From positions 512-64,511 of the forward strand of contig CAYZCE010000008.1 in the NCBI GenBank assembly GCA_964476835.1: a stretch of 64,000 bases of DNA, in the 5' to 3' direction. A program made the translations under genes and the position numbers. Below, in pieces: positions 8,527 through 17,814 of the stretch; positions within the stretch are counted from its first letter, which is position 1; every line of letters begins with the position of its first letter. The notes below the pieces were generated by a model that did no database searches, was not told where the DNA came from, and saw nothing but the letters and a program-made list of their open reading frames with translations. The stretch is from an uncultured Rhodospirillaceae bacterium. Lineage in GTDB: Bacteria > Pseudomonadota > Alphaproteobacteria > Micavibrionales > UBA2020.

Positions 8527-9102
8527 CTATTTCTTCGCCGACGCGGGGTCGACCCAGCCGATGTTGCCGTCCTTGCGGCGGTAGACCATGTTGAGGCCGC
8601 CGTGCTTGGGGTTGCGGAACAAAAGCGCGGGCATGCCGCCCAGCTCGAGGCGCATCACGGCGTCGGCCACCGCCAGCGTCTGCACCGGCGCGGTCATTTC
8701 GGCGATGATGGCGGGCTCTTCGCCGCCTTCGACTTCTTCCTCGGCATCTTCGGCGCGGAAAGTGGTGTAGACCGCGCTCAGGTCGTCCGCCGCTTCATGC
8801 TTGCGGTGGTCGCGCAGGCGGTCCTTGTAGCGGCCGAGGCGCTTGCCGAGCATCTTCGCCGCGATGTCGAAGGCCGGGTAGGGATCGTCCGTCTCATGTT
8901 CGGATTGCAGCACGATGCCGCCGCCGCGCACGTGGATCGAGATGTCGGCCTTGAACAAATGCGGCTTCTCTTTTGAGAAGATCACCGTCGCCTCGATCGG
9001 GTCGCGGAAGTATTTCTGTGCCGTATGCGTCAGAATCTCTTCTACATGACCGCGCAGGCTGTCGCCCACATCGAGGTTCTTGCCTTTGACCGTGAGTTGC
9101 AT
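8527..9102 (-). CDS. hpf: ribosome hibernation promoting factor, long form (sigma54 modulation protein family)
   Basis: 191 aa. N-terminal MQLTVKGKNLDVGDSLRGHVEE...ATVIFSKE...ADISIHV (S30AE/HPF fold), acidic linker and C-terminal dimerisation-type domain. Lies directly downstream of rpoN. Confidence 0.92.
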   Translation of the reverse strand: MQLTVKGKNLDVGDSLRGHVEEILTHTAQKYFRDPIEATVIFSKEKPHLFKADISIHVRGGGIVLQSEHETDDPYPAFDIAAKMLGKRLGRYKDRLRDHRKHEAADDLSAVYTTFRAEDAEEEVEGGEEPAIIAEMTAPVQTLAVADAVMRLELGGMPALLFRNPKHGGLNMVYRRKDGNIGWVDPASAKK

Positions 9103-9180
9103 GTTGTTGTCCTTGAATTTGATGAAGAAAGTACCACCCTTAATATTGTAGGCGGGTCGTCTTAAAATAGCGTTAACGCC

Positions 9181-10644
9181 TTATTTACCTTGGGCTTTCA
9201 GCCGCCGGCGTTGCACCGAGGAGAGGATCTTCATCGCCTCGCGGTACTTGGCGACCGTGCGGCGCGCGATCGCGATGCCGGCTTCCGCCAGGCGGTCGAC
9301 CAGGTCGTCGTCGGAGAGGACGGCGTCGGCGGCTTCCGCGTCGATCAGCGTCTTGATGCGCGCCTTGATGGCTTCCGACGAAAATTCCGCGGCGCCGTCG
9401 GATGTCGAGACGCCGGAGGTGAAGAAGTATTTCAGCTCGAACACGCCGCGCGGGGTGCCGATATATTTGCCGGTGGTGACGCGGCTGACCGTGCTCTCGT
9501 GCATGGCGATCGCGTCGGCGACGTCCTTGAGCACCATGGGCTTGAGGTATTCGACGCCGTAGTTGAAGAAGGCTTCCTGCTGCAGGATGATGTCGGTCGC
9601 GACTTTCATGATCGTCTGCGCGCGCTGGTCCATCGCTTTGACCAGCCAGTTGGCGGTGGCGAGCTGGTCGGAGAGGTATTCCTTATCCTGCTTGGTCTTC
9701 GCGCCCTTCTGGATCTCGGCGTAGTAGACCTTGTTGACCAGCACGCGCGGCAGCGTGTCGGCGTTGAGCTCCACCGCCCAGCCGCCGCCTTTGCTTTTCG
9801 GCAGCGGCTTCATGAGCACGTCGGGCACCACGGTCTGCGAGACGAAGTGGTCGAAATGCAGCGCGGGCTTGGGGTCGAGCGCCTTGATCTCCCCGATCAT
9901 CTCGCGCAGGTCGTCGTCGTCGACGCCGCAGGCGGCCTTCAGTTTCTTGAGGTCGTGCCCGGCGAGCAGCTCGAGATTCTGGAGCAATTTCTCCATCGCC
10001 GGGTCGAGGCGGTTCTTCTCGCGCAGCTGCAGCGACAGGCATTCGCTGAGCGAGCGGGCGAAGATGCCGGCGGGATCGAGTTGCTGCAGGCGCGTGAGGA
10101 TGCCCTCGATGCGCGCCGTATCGACGCCGAGCCGCGCGGCCAGCGCCTCGGCCGGCGTGCGGAAATAGCCGGCTTCGTCGAGATAGTCGAGCATCAAGAC
10201 GGCGATCGCGCGATCGCGCGGCTCGGTGAAGTCGACATGGATCTGGTCGAGCAAATGGTCGCGCAGCGTCGTCGTCGCGGCCATGGTGTTCTCAAAGCCG
10301 TTCTCGGGGTCGTCGAAGGTGCTGTTGCCGCCCGCGCCGGTTCCGGCGAAAGCGGAGGTGGAATAATCCATGCCTTCTTTTTCTTCCGCCTTCTCGCTGA
10401 AGCCTTCGCCGGTGTCGAGCGGCGCTTCGTCCTGCTGCTGCGGTTCGCCCGCGGCTTCTTCGGCGGGTGCGTCTGGCCCTTGCGCGTCGTCGCGCTCGAG
10501 TAGCGGATTCTTCTCGAGTTCGGCCTCGATGAATTCGGAAAGCTCAAGGTTCGACAACTGCAGCAGCTTGATCGCCTGCTGCAATTGCGGCGTCATGCTG
10601 AGCGCCTGGCCTTGCCGTAGATCAAGACGTTGATTGATCGTCAT
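9181..10644 (-). CDS. rpoN: RNA polymerase sigma-54 factor
   Basis: Trimmed to MTINQRLDLRQGQALSMTPQLQQAIKLLQLSNLEL (region I). C-terminal RpoN box ARRTVAKYRE and HTH region MHESTVSRV present. Confidence 0.93.
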   Translation of the reverse strand: MTINQRLDLRQGQALSMTPQLQQAIKLLQLSNLELSEFIEAELEKNPLLERDDAQGPDAPAEEAAGEPQQQDEAPLDTGEGFSEKAEEKEGMDYSTSAFAGTGAGGNSTFDDPENGFENTMAATTTLRDHLLDQIHVDFTEPRDRAIAVLMLDYLDEAGYFRTPAEALAARLGVDTARIEGILTRLQQLDPAGIFARSLSECLSLQLREKNRLDPAMEKLLQNLELLAGHDLKKLKAACGVDDDDLREMIGEIKALDPKPALHFDHFVSQTVVPDVLMKPLPKSKGGGWAVELNADTLPRVLVNKVYYAEIQKGAKTKQDKEYLSDQLATANWLVKAMDQRAQTIMKVATDIILQQEAFFNYGVEYLKPMVLKDVADAIAMHESTVSRVTTGKYIGTPRGVFELKYFFTSGVSTSDGAAEFSSEAIKARIKTLIDAEAADAVLSDDDLVDRLAEAGIAIARRTVAKYREAMKILSSVQRRRLKAQGK

Positions 10645-10709
10645 CCCTGAACTCCCTATACTCCTTATATCACAGACGCGCCGGCGCGCGGAGATTTTAA
10701 AGAGAAGAT

Positions 10710-11393
10710 ATGTCAAACGAGACGCTGGAAATCATCCCGACCTCTGCGTTAGTCGCCTTCGAGGACTTTGTCGGCAAATATCCCGTCAAGGTCGATCTCG
10801 TCTACGCGCAGCCGGCGCACCGCGACAACATGTTCGGATCCGGCATCTACCGCGCCGACGCGCGCATGCTCGCGCACCGCGACATGGCGGCGGTCGTGCT
10901 GCGCGCGGCGGAGATTTGCTTCAAGCGCAGCGGCTATATCTTCGAGCTGAAAGATTGCCTACGCACCGTCGAGGCGCAGGCGATGATGATGGAGACCGAC
11001 ATCGTCAAGGCGCATCCGCATTGGACGGAAGAACCGAACCGCCTCCTGTCGCCGCCCGGGCGCGGCGGGCATCCGCGCGGCATGGCCGTCGACATCATCC
11101 TTCTCGACAAGAACGGCGACGACGTTGACATGGGCACGCGTTTCGATTTCCTGACTGAAGACCGCGCCAACAATCCCGCCGCGCGCAACTACGCTAACTT
11201 CAGTGCCGAGGTGTTGCAGAACCGCCGCCTTCTCGAAGAAAGCATGATGGAAGCCGCCGCCGAAGCCGGGCGCGAGTTGCTGCCGCTACCGCAGGAATGG
11301 TGGGACTTCCGCTTCCCGCACAGTTACACCAGCCGCTTCGCGCCGATCTGCGACAAGGATTTGCCGCCCGCGCTGCGGATGACGGCGCTATAA
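10710..11393 (+). CDS. M15-family D-alanyl-D-alanine dipeptidase-like protein (VanX/DdpX-like)
   Basis: 227 aa. VDLVYA..., SPPGRGGHPRGMAVDI (H-x6-D zinc motif) and PQEWWDFRF (position of the EWWH motif). Confidence 0.78.
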   Translation: MSNETLEIIPTSALVAFEDFVGKYPVKVDLVYAQPAHRDNMFGSGIYRADARMLAHRDMAAVVLRAAEICFKRSGYIFELKDCLRTVEAQAMMMETDIVKAHPHWTEEPNRLLSPPGRGGHPRGMAVDIILLDKNGDDVDMGTRFDFLTEDRANNPAARNYANFSAEVLQNRRLLEESMMEAAAEAGRELLPLPQEWWDFRFPHSYTSRFAPICDKDLPPALRMTAL

Positions 11394-13148
11394 GCCGCTA
11401 CGCTTCAGGTCGCGCAGGATGAAGCGTGACGGCGCCAATTTCTCGATCAACCGTGCAGGCAAAGGCATCGGGTCGCCCGTGATCATCGCTGCGATCATTT
11501 CCCCCGCCAGCGGTGCACCAGTCATGCCGAATGAACCAAACCCTGTTGAAATGTAAACCGCCGCGCGCGTTTCCGCGTCCTGGCTGTCGCGGTCGGGCGC
11601 TTTGCCGATCAACGGCAGGCGGTCCGGCGTGGTGGCGCGGTATCCGGCGCGGCCACCAACAATGGAGCTTGCGGTGAAACCGAACTGCGGCGTGGCGTCG
11701 TTCAGCGCCCGCAAGTTTTCAAGGTTGTCTGCATCGCGCGGTGCGGCGGCGGCGAGCGCCTCCTTCTGAAACGTCGCGCCTGCATAGTGCAGGCCGCCCA
11801 CGGCAGGCGTGATGAAACCTTCGTGACAGATAACGCGGTCAAGCGATGCGGAAGTGGGCGTCGATGCGAGCGCCGTGACCTGTCCACGCACAGGTCGCAG
11901 CGGCAAGTCGCGCACCAAGGCGCTGCTGTCCATGCCGAGGGCGATGACGATGGCGTCAGCCTCGATCTTGTTTAAATCTTCAATCATCGCGCCGGCCTGC
12001 ATCGTGATGTGCGGATGGTCGGCCAGCGCGCGGCAGAATTCCGGCGGCGAGAGATATCCGCCGCCCGGCTGCCACAGGCCGCCGTCATAGGCCGCGTAGG
12101 CCGGCGCGTCATATTGCGCGGCAAGGGCGCGGTGGCGCGCGGCGCGTTCTTCGGTGAGGTCGAGGTGCAATACGCCGCACGGATTCCACGACGGCAGTTT
12201 CAATGCACGCAAACGCGCGCGCGTCACGCTGAAGCCGTGCTGATAAAATGCGCCCAGCGACGATTCCGCCATCGTCAGCTTAGGGTAGACGATGCCGACG
12301 GGGTTGCCGGAGGTTTCCGTGGCGATGCCACTACGGTCGATCAGCGTCACGCGGCATCCGCGTTCGGCAAGAGATCGTGCTGCTGCTGCCCCTGCAATCC
12401 CGGCGCCGAGCACCGTTACAGTCTTTTCTTGAGATGTGGATGCTGCGCCCGGTTTCTGCGCAACAGTCATATGCCACTTGCTGCCGAAGCCGTCTTCCTT
12501 GCGCACGTCAAGCCCGGCGGACTTCAGCACACGGCGCATGTCGCCCACCGATGAGAATGTGGCGAGTGTCCCACCAGGCGCGAGATGCTCGGCTACACCG
12601 CGCAGCAGGTTTTCTTCCCACATGTCGGCGTTGAGGCTCGGCGAGAAGCCGTCGAGATACCATGCATCGAAGTTGCCGCGCAATTCCGGCAGCAGGTCGC
12701 GTGCGTCGCCGAAGGCGAGGATCAGGCGCAGGCGCAGCGTGGGAAAAAAGAGGGCGTGGAAGCCCTCGATCATCGGCGGGTATTGTGCGGCCAGTTCGGC
12801 TGAAACATCGGTGAATTCAGGCCAGTGTGCGTGGATGCGCTTGAGGTCGGCGCCAGAGATGGGGTGTTTCTCGAACGAGACGTAGGTCAGTGTCGCGTTT
12901 TTTGGTGCACGCTCACGCCACAACTGTGCGGTCGCAAGGAAATTGAGGCCGCTGCCGAAGCCTAGTTCGGCTATACGAAAATTCGCTGCCGTCGCGAAGC
13001 GTTCGGGCAGGCGGTTACGTTCGAGAAAAACATAACGTTTCTCGGCAAGACCGTCCTGGTACTGGAAATAGACGTCGCCATAGTCGAGGCTCTTGAGCGT
13101 GCCGTCGTCAGACCATTGCAGACGGGCCGGTTTCAGTGGCACAATCAT
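11388..13148 (-). CDS. mnmC: bifunctional tRNA 5-methylaminomethyl-2-thiouridine biosynthesis protein MnmC (methyltransferase + FAD oxidoreductase)
   Basis: Trimmed to MIVPLKPARLQWSDDGTLKSLDYGDVYF. N-terminal DUF752-type methyltransferase (AELGFGSGLNF, DAWYLDGFSP) and C-terminal DAO domain (VTVLGAGIAGAAAA). Confidence 0.86.
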   Translation of the reverse strand: MIVPLKPARLQWSDDGTLKSLDYGDVYFQYQDGLAEKRYVFLERNRLPERFATAANFRIAELGFGSGLNFLATAQLWRERAPKNATLTYVSFEKHPISGADLKRIHAHWPEFTDVSAELAAQYPPMIEGFHALFFPTLRLRLILAFGDARDLLPELRGNFDAWYLDGFSPSLNADMWEENLLRGVAEHLAPGGTLATFSSVGDMRRVLKSAGLDVRKEDGFGSKWHMTVAQKPGAASTSQEKTVTVLGAGIAGAAAARSLAERGCRVTLIDRSGIATETSGNPVGIVYPKLTMAESSLGAFYQHGFSVTRARLRALKLPSWNPCGVLHLDLTEERAARHRALAAQYDAPAYAAYDGGLWQPGGGYLSPPEFCRALADHPHITMQAGAMIEDLNKIEADAIVIALGMDSSALVRDLPLRPVRGQVTALASTPTSASLDRVICHEGFITPAVGGLHYAGATFQKEALAAAAPRDADNLENLRALNDATPQFGFTASSIVGGRAGYRATTPDRLPLIGKAPDRDSQDAETRAAVYISTGFGSFGMTGAPLAGEMIAAMITGDPMPLPARLIEKLAPSRFILRDLKRSGL

Positions 13149-13206
13149 CTCCCAGGTTGCGGCTTTACAGTTGCAGATGCACCCGCCCCCGTCAAGCGCC
13201 GGAGAC

Positions 13207-14061
13207 ATGCCCATGATGACGCCCGAATTACAGGCCGAAATCGAGACCCACCTGAAGACCAAGATCGCGGCGATCACGCCGCTGTCGTCTGCCAATAACG
13301 CGCATATCTATAGCCTTGGGCTGAAAGACGGCCGCGCCTGCGTTGCCAAGGTGGCCGAGCGCGGGCTGGAGATCGAGGCTTACATGCTGCGCTTCCTGCG
13401 CGAGAAATCGAAGCTGCCGATCCCGGAAGTCTATTACAGCCACGATCACCTCATCCTGATGGAGTTCGTCGAATCCCATCACGGCCTCGACGACGCGGCG
13501 ACGCGCCATGCGGCGGAACTGCTCGCCGAGCTGCACCGTATCGGGAACGACACCTATGGTTTCGACCGCGACACGTTGATCGGCTTCCTGCGTCAGCCGA
13601 ACGCGCCGTCGAAGGACTGGCCGAAGTTCTTCGTCGAGAACCGCCTCATGTACATGGCGGGCGAGGCCTTCAAGGAAAACAAGATCGACAAGGCGCTGAT
13701 GAAGAAGGTCGAGAAGCTTGCGGCCAAGGTCGGCAGCTATATCAAGAAGCCGAACCCGCCCGCGCTGATCCACGGCGACGTCTGGGGCGGCAACATTCTG
13801 GCGGCGCGCGGACGCATCGTCGCTTTCCTCGATCCGGCGATCTATTACGCCGACCCGGAAATGGAACTGGCCTTCATTCGCCTGCTCAATACCTTCGGCG
13901 ATGGGTTCTTCGCGCGCTACAACGAGATCAACCCGATCCAGCCCGGCTTTTTTGAAGAGCGCGCGGACATCTACAGCCTCTACCAGCTCTTCGTGCACAC
14001 GCGCCTCTTCGGCGCCTCTTACGTCCGCAAGGCGCAGAAGATTGTCGACCGCTTCGTTTAA
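13207..14061 (+). CDS. fructosamine/ketosamine kinase family protein (APH-like kinase fold)
   Basis: Trimmed to MPMMTPEL. The family pattern includes LIHGDVWGGNIL, FLDPAIYYADPEMELA and LYQLFVHTRLFG. Confidence 0.85.
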   Translation: MPMMTPELQAEIETHLKTKIAAITPLSSANNAHIYSLGLKDGRACVAKVAERGLEIEAYMLRFLREKSKLPIPEVYYSHDHLILMEFVESHHGLDDAATRHAAELLAELHRIGNDTYGFDRDTLIGFLRQPNAPSKDWPKFFVENRLMYMAGEAFKENKIDKALMKKVEKLAAKVGSYIKKPNPPALIHGDVWGGNILAARGRIVAFLDPAIYYADPEMELAFIRLLNTFGDGFFARYNEINPIQPGFFEERADIYSLYQLFVHTRLFGASYVRKAQKIVDRFV

Positions 14062-14660
14062 ACGAGCTGTTCACCGAACAAGCCGACCGTGCGGCGCACG
14101 AAGTCGTCGATGTTCGCCGCGCCGAACTGGCTCAGGTTGATCTTGTCGTCGATCAGCAGGGATGTCAGGCCGTGGCAGAGGCTCCACAGCGCGACGGACA
14201 GGAACGGCGTGTCGTCGCCCGCGTTCTGGCGCTTCGACAGTGCGGCCGAGATCAGCGCATAGGATTTTCCGGCCGTCATCGCCAGCGTCGGGTATTCCTT
14301 CATGTCCTGCGCGCCGTTGGCCATCAGGCGGAAGAGGGGCTTATTGGCCAGCGCAAAGCGGATATAACTGGTGAGAAGCTTCTCCACACGGGTGCGCGCG
14401 TCTTTATATCCGGTCGCGTCCTCGGCCATCTGCAGCGCGAGTTTCTGGTAGCCTGCCTCGGCGACGGCGGCGAGCAAATCTTGTTTGTCGCGGAAGTGGC
14501 TATAGGGGGCGGCGGGCGACACGTCGGTCGCTTGCGCGAGCGCGCGGAGGTTCAATCCCTCGATCCCCTGCGTGGCGATGATGCCGAGCGCGGCGTCGAT
14601 CAACGCCGCGCGCAGCTGGCCGTGGTGATACCTGAACTTTTTTTGAAACGCCGCTTCCGT
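14058..14660 (-). CDS. TetR/AcrR family transcriptional regulator
   Basis: N-terminal HTH QLRAALIDAALGIIATQGIEGLNLRALAQATDVSPAAPYSHFRDKQDLL. Divergent from an acyl-CoA ligase gene. Start at 14660 or 14678. Confidence 0.86.
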   Translation of the reverse strand, partial: TEAAFQKKFRYHHGQLRAALIDAALGIIATQGIEGLNLRALAQATDVSPAAPYSHFRDKQDLLAAVAEAGYQKLALQMAEDATGYKDARTRVEKLLTSYIRFALANKPLFRLMANGAQDMKEYPTLAMTAGKSYALISAALSKRQNAGDDTPFLSVALWSLCHGLTSLLIDDKINLSQFGAANIDDFVRRTVGLFGEQLV

Positions 14661-14827
14661 CATTGCCAAGACCCCCATCTTGCAGAACCCACACAGATTC
14701 TCTCATTACCCGGGCAGAGGGTCAAGACTATCTGCTTGTTTTTCAATATGATTTTGATGCTTTACGGCAGGGGAGTATTCTGATAAATATTTGTCCTAAT
14801 CTGAACATTTTCAAGAAAGTATATCTC

Positions 14828-16651
14828 ATGCCGAAAGACAACGAAAATCAGGCTTTTGAAAACTTCCCGTGGTCGAAAAATTATCCGGTTGATATCCAAT
14901 GGAATTCCGAACTGCCGGAAATGACCATGATCGAGATGTTCGACCGCACGGTAAAGAACTTCAGCGACCGCACGGCGCTGAACTTCCTCGGCAAGAAGAT
15001 GACGTACAAGGAATTGGGCGCAGCGGTAGATGCTTTCGCGCGCGGCTTGCAGGACCAGGGCATCGGTGTCGGTTCGACCGTCGGCGTCTGCCTCCCCAAC
15101 ACGCCTTTTTACCTGATCGCCTATTACGGTGCGATGAAGGCCGGCGCCCGCGTCGCCAACTTCGACCCGACCGCGCCCGCTGAATCCCTCGCGCAGCAGA
15201 TCAATGACAGCCAGACCGACGCCCTCGTCGCCGTCAACCTGCTGGGCGACGCCACGCAGTGGCTCTACCCCAACGTCGAGAAGGCGCAAGCCCTGACCGG
15301 CCTCAAGAAAGTCATCGTCTGCGATTTCCCCGACGGCTTGCCGGGCAAGAAGAAAGTCCCCTTCAAAATCATCAACGGCCTGTGCAACGCCACCAAGGGC
15401 TGGGCATGGATGAACAAGAAGGTCACGGCGCTGCGCGACAAGCTGGGCGTCAAGGAAACCGTCGCTGTCAAGGCGGATGCGGCGCATCTCTTGTTCTCTG
15501 ACCTCGTCAAGACTAAGGGCAAGCCTGCAAAGGTCGTCGCGAAGCCTTCCGACGTCGCGCTGCTGCAATATACCGGCGGCACCACCGGCGTGCCGAAGGG
15601 CGCGGCGCTGACGCACCGCAACCTGACCGCCAACGTGCAGCAGGCGCATCTCTGGTTCACCGGCGGCAAGCCGGGCGGCGAGAAGGAAAAGGTTTTCGCT
15701 GTTCTTCCGTTCTTCCACGTCTTCAGCATGACGGTGCAGATGAACCTCGCCGTCTACCTCGGCGCGGAACTCATCACCATGCCGAAGCCCGACCTCAAGC
15801 CGATGCTCGAGATCATCGACAAGGAAAAGCCGACGCTGTTCGCGGCCGTGCCCGCCCTCTACAAAAAGATGATCGACACCAAGAACATCAACGATTACGA
15901 CCTGTCGTCGCTGAAGTACTGCATCTCCGGCGGCGCGCCGCTGCCGGTGACGGTGGCCAAGGCATTTACCGACCTGACCGGCGTCGAGATCATCGAGGGC
16001 TACGGCCTTTCCGAGACCGCGCCGATCGTCATCGCCAACCCGCTGACGGGCGAGAAGAAGACCGGCTCCGTCGGCATGCCGGTGCCGCAGACCGAGGTGA
16101 AGTTCACCAGCATCGACGATCCCAATATCGTCGTGAAGATGTCCGAAGAAGGCGAGATCTGCCTGCGTGGCCCGCAGGTAATGAAGGAATACTTCGGCCG
16201 CCCCGACGAGACCAAGAAGGTCTTCGACAAGGACGGCTACTTCCACACCGGCGATGTCGGCTACATGGATGCCGACGGCTATGTCTTCATCACCGACCGC
16301 ATCAAGGACATGGCGATCGTCAACGGCTTCAAGGCCTTCCCCAAGAAGACCGAAGAGGCGATCCGCCAGTTCGACGGCGTCTCCGAAGTCATCGTCGTCC
16401 CCATGCCGAACGAAAGCACCGGCGAAACGCTGGCGGCCTTCGTCCAGCCCAAGGAAGGTGTTACGCTGGATGCAGCGAAGTTGCATGAGTTCCTGAAAGA
16501 GAAACTCAAGTGGTACGAGACCCCGCTTGTCCAGAACATCGAGTTCCGCGACACCCTGCCGCTCACCAAGATCGGCAAGCCGGACAAGAAGCCGCTGAAG
16601 GAAGAAGTCAAGCAGCGCTTCGAGTCCCGCAAGGGCGGCCCGAAGCTCTAA
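14828..16651 (+). CDS. long-chain fatty acid--CoA ligase (AMP-forming), FadD-like, copy 1
   Basis: Trimmed to MPKDNENQAFENFPWSKNYP. AMP-binding motifs LQYTGGTTGVPKGA, GYGLSET, TGDVGYMDADGY and KIGKPDKK. Confidence 0.9.
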   Translation: MPKDNENQAFENFPWSKNYPVDIQWNSELPEMTMIEMFDRTVKNFSDRTALNFLGKKMTYKELGAAVDAFARGLQDQGIGVGSTVGVCLPNTPFYLIAYYGAMKAGARVANFDPTAPAESLAQQINDSQTDALVAVNLLGDATQWLYPNVEKAQALTGLKKVIVCDFPDGLPGKKKVPFKIINGLCNATKGWAWMNKKVTALRDKLGVKETVAVKADAAHLLFSDLVKTKGKPAKVVAKPSDVALLQYTGGTTGVPKGAALTHRNLTANVQQAHLWFTGGKPGGEKEKVFAVLPFFHVFSMTVQMNLAVYLGAELITMPKPDLKPMLEIIDKEKPTLFAAVPALYKKMIDTKNINDYDLSSLKYCISGGAPLPVTVAKAFTDLTGVEIIEGYGLSETAPIVIANPLTGEKKTGSVGMPVPQTEVKFTSIDDPNIVVKMSEEGEICLRGPQVMKEYFGRPDETKKVFDKDGYFHTGDVGYMDADGYVFITDRIKDMAIVNGFKAFPKKTEEAIRQFDGVSEVIVVPMPNESTGETLAAFVQPKEGVTLDAAKLHEFLKEKLKWYETPLVQNIEFRDTLPLTKIGKPDKKPLKEEVKQRFESRKGGPKL

Positions 16652-16675
16652 AAAGCTTCCGAAATAGAGCTTGAG

Positions 16676-16718
16676 CGGGGATCGTCTGCAATCGTAGACT
16701 ATCCCCGTTCTTCTTTTT
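16676..16718 (+). terminator. rho-independent terminator after acyl-CoA ligase 1
   Basis: CGGGGATCGTCT...AGACTATCCCCG forms a 12-bp stem with one mismatch, followed by TTCTTCTTTTT. Confidence 0.6.
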
Positions 16719-16728
16719 CGGGGGTTGC

Positions 16729-17733
16729 ATGGCCAGGACTGATAGACTTTTTCTCACGACACAGCTTGCTTTCGCCGTGGCCCTCGTCGCTTTGTTGACG
16801 TTGGGGCTGCTGCCGGTCCTGCTTAGCGGGCTTTTCGTCTATTACATCATCGTCTTCGGCGCGGCGCAGATGGCGCGCCTGGGCGTCCTGCCTTCGACAG
16901 GCCGCATCATTTTGCTGATCCTGCTGACCGCGGCCGTCGTGATGGGGTTGGGAACCGCGATCGGCGCCATCGCGGCGCAGTTCTCGGCCGGCTCGGAAGG
17001 CGTCTTCGCGCTGATGCAGAAAATGGCCGACGTCGCGGCGACCGCGCGCTCGCACCTGCCGTCGTGGATGCAGGCGTGGATGCCCGCCAATACGGCGGAA
17101 TTGCAGGCTGCGTCCTCCGCGTGGCTGCGCCAGAACGCCTCTTCCATCGGGCTGGTCGGCAAGGACGCGCTCGTCCTCTTCGCGCATATCTTCGTCGGCA
17201 TGATCATCGGCGGCATGGTCGCGCTTTATCCGGCATTCCCGGCGCATCGCGGCGAGCTGGCCAAGGCGGTCGCGGGGCGCGTCGCCTTCCTCGGCACGGC
17301 GTTCCGCCGCGTGGTCTTCTCGCAGATCCGCATCTCGGCGCTCAACACGTTCCTGACCGGGCTGTTCCTCATCGTCGTGCTGCCGCTGCTGGGCGCGGCG
17401 CTGCCGTTCACCAAGACGATGATCGTCGTCACCTTCGTCGTCGGCCTGCTGCCGATCGTCGGCAACTTGATCTCGAACACCATCATCTTCCTGATCGGCC
17501 TGTCCGTCTCGCCTTTCGCGGCGACGGGGACGCTCTTGTACCTCATCTTCATCCACAAGCTCGAGTACTTCGTGAACGCGCGCATCATCGGCAGCCAGAT
17601 CCGGGCGCGGGCGTGGGAAATCCTGCTCGCCATGCTGGTTATGGAATCTGTTTTCGGCCTCGTCGGCCTGATCGCGGCGCCGATCTACTACGCCTACATG
17701 AAAGACGAGCTGTCGTCGCAAGACCTGATTTAA
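16729..17733 (+). CDS. AI-2E family transporter (UPF0118/PerM-like permease)
   Basis: 334 aa with about 8 predicted TM segments. The C-terminal half (PIVGNLISNTIIFLIGL...FGLVGLIAAPIYYA) resembles the AI-2E/YhhT family. Confidence 0.75.
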   Translation: MARTDRLFLTTQLAFAVALVALLTLGLLPVLLSGLFVYYIIVFGAAQMARLGVLPSTGRIILLILLTAAVVMGLGTAIGAIAAQFSAGSEGVFALMQKMADVAATARSHLPSWMQAWMPANTAELQAASSAWLRQNASSIGLVGKDALVLFAHIFVGMIIGGMVALYPAFPAHRGELAKAVAGRVAFLGTAFRRVVFSQIRISALNTFLTGLFLIVVLPLLGAALPFTKTMIVVTFVVGLLPIVGNLISNTIIFLIGLSVSPFAATGTLLYLIFIHKLEYFVNARIIGSQIRARAWEILLAMLVMESVFGLVGLIAAPIYYAYMKDELSSQDLI

Positions 17734-17814
17734 CGTATTGCCGCCATGGTTGACTCAAGGGCAGGCGGGGGCATATTTTGTTATGCCCTGTCGCTATTAT
17801 AAGGTCTCGCCGCT

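Noticed and set aside
14802-14813. TGAACATTTTCA (TGAA-N4-TTCA) and a nearby AAATATTT palindrome in the TetR/acyl-CoA-ligase divergent spacer as a possible TetR operator
   Set aside because: Short arms in an AT-rich spacer. This is plausible but not distinguishable from chance without comparative data.
15561-15604. 44-nt segment identical between acyl-CoA ligase 1 (15561-15604) and ligase 2 (49202-49245); a 39-nt segment is shared by ligases 2 and 3
   Set aside because: It encodes the universally conserved AMP-binding motif (L)LQYTGGTTGVPKGA in a genome with strong codon bias. This is paralogy or motif conservation, not a mobile or regulatory repeat.
17734-17814. Expected glycine riboswitch upstream of gcvT
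   Set aside because: The spacer is only ~80 nt. It lacks the conserved glycine-aptamer strings I would expect (GGAGAG...CACCGAAGGGGCAA-like cores). It has only a small hairpin, GGGCAT-N8-ATGCCC. No riboswitch call was made.
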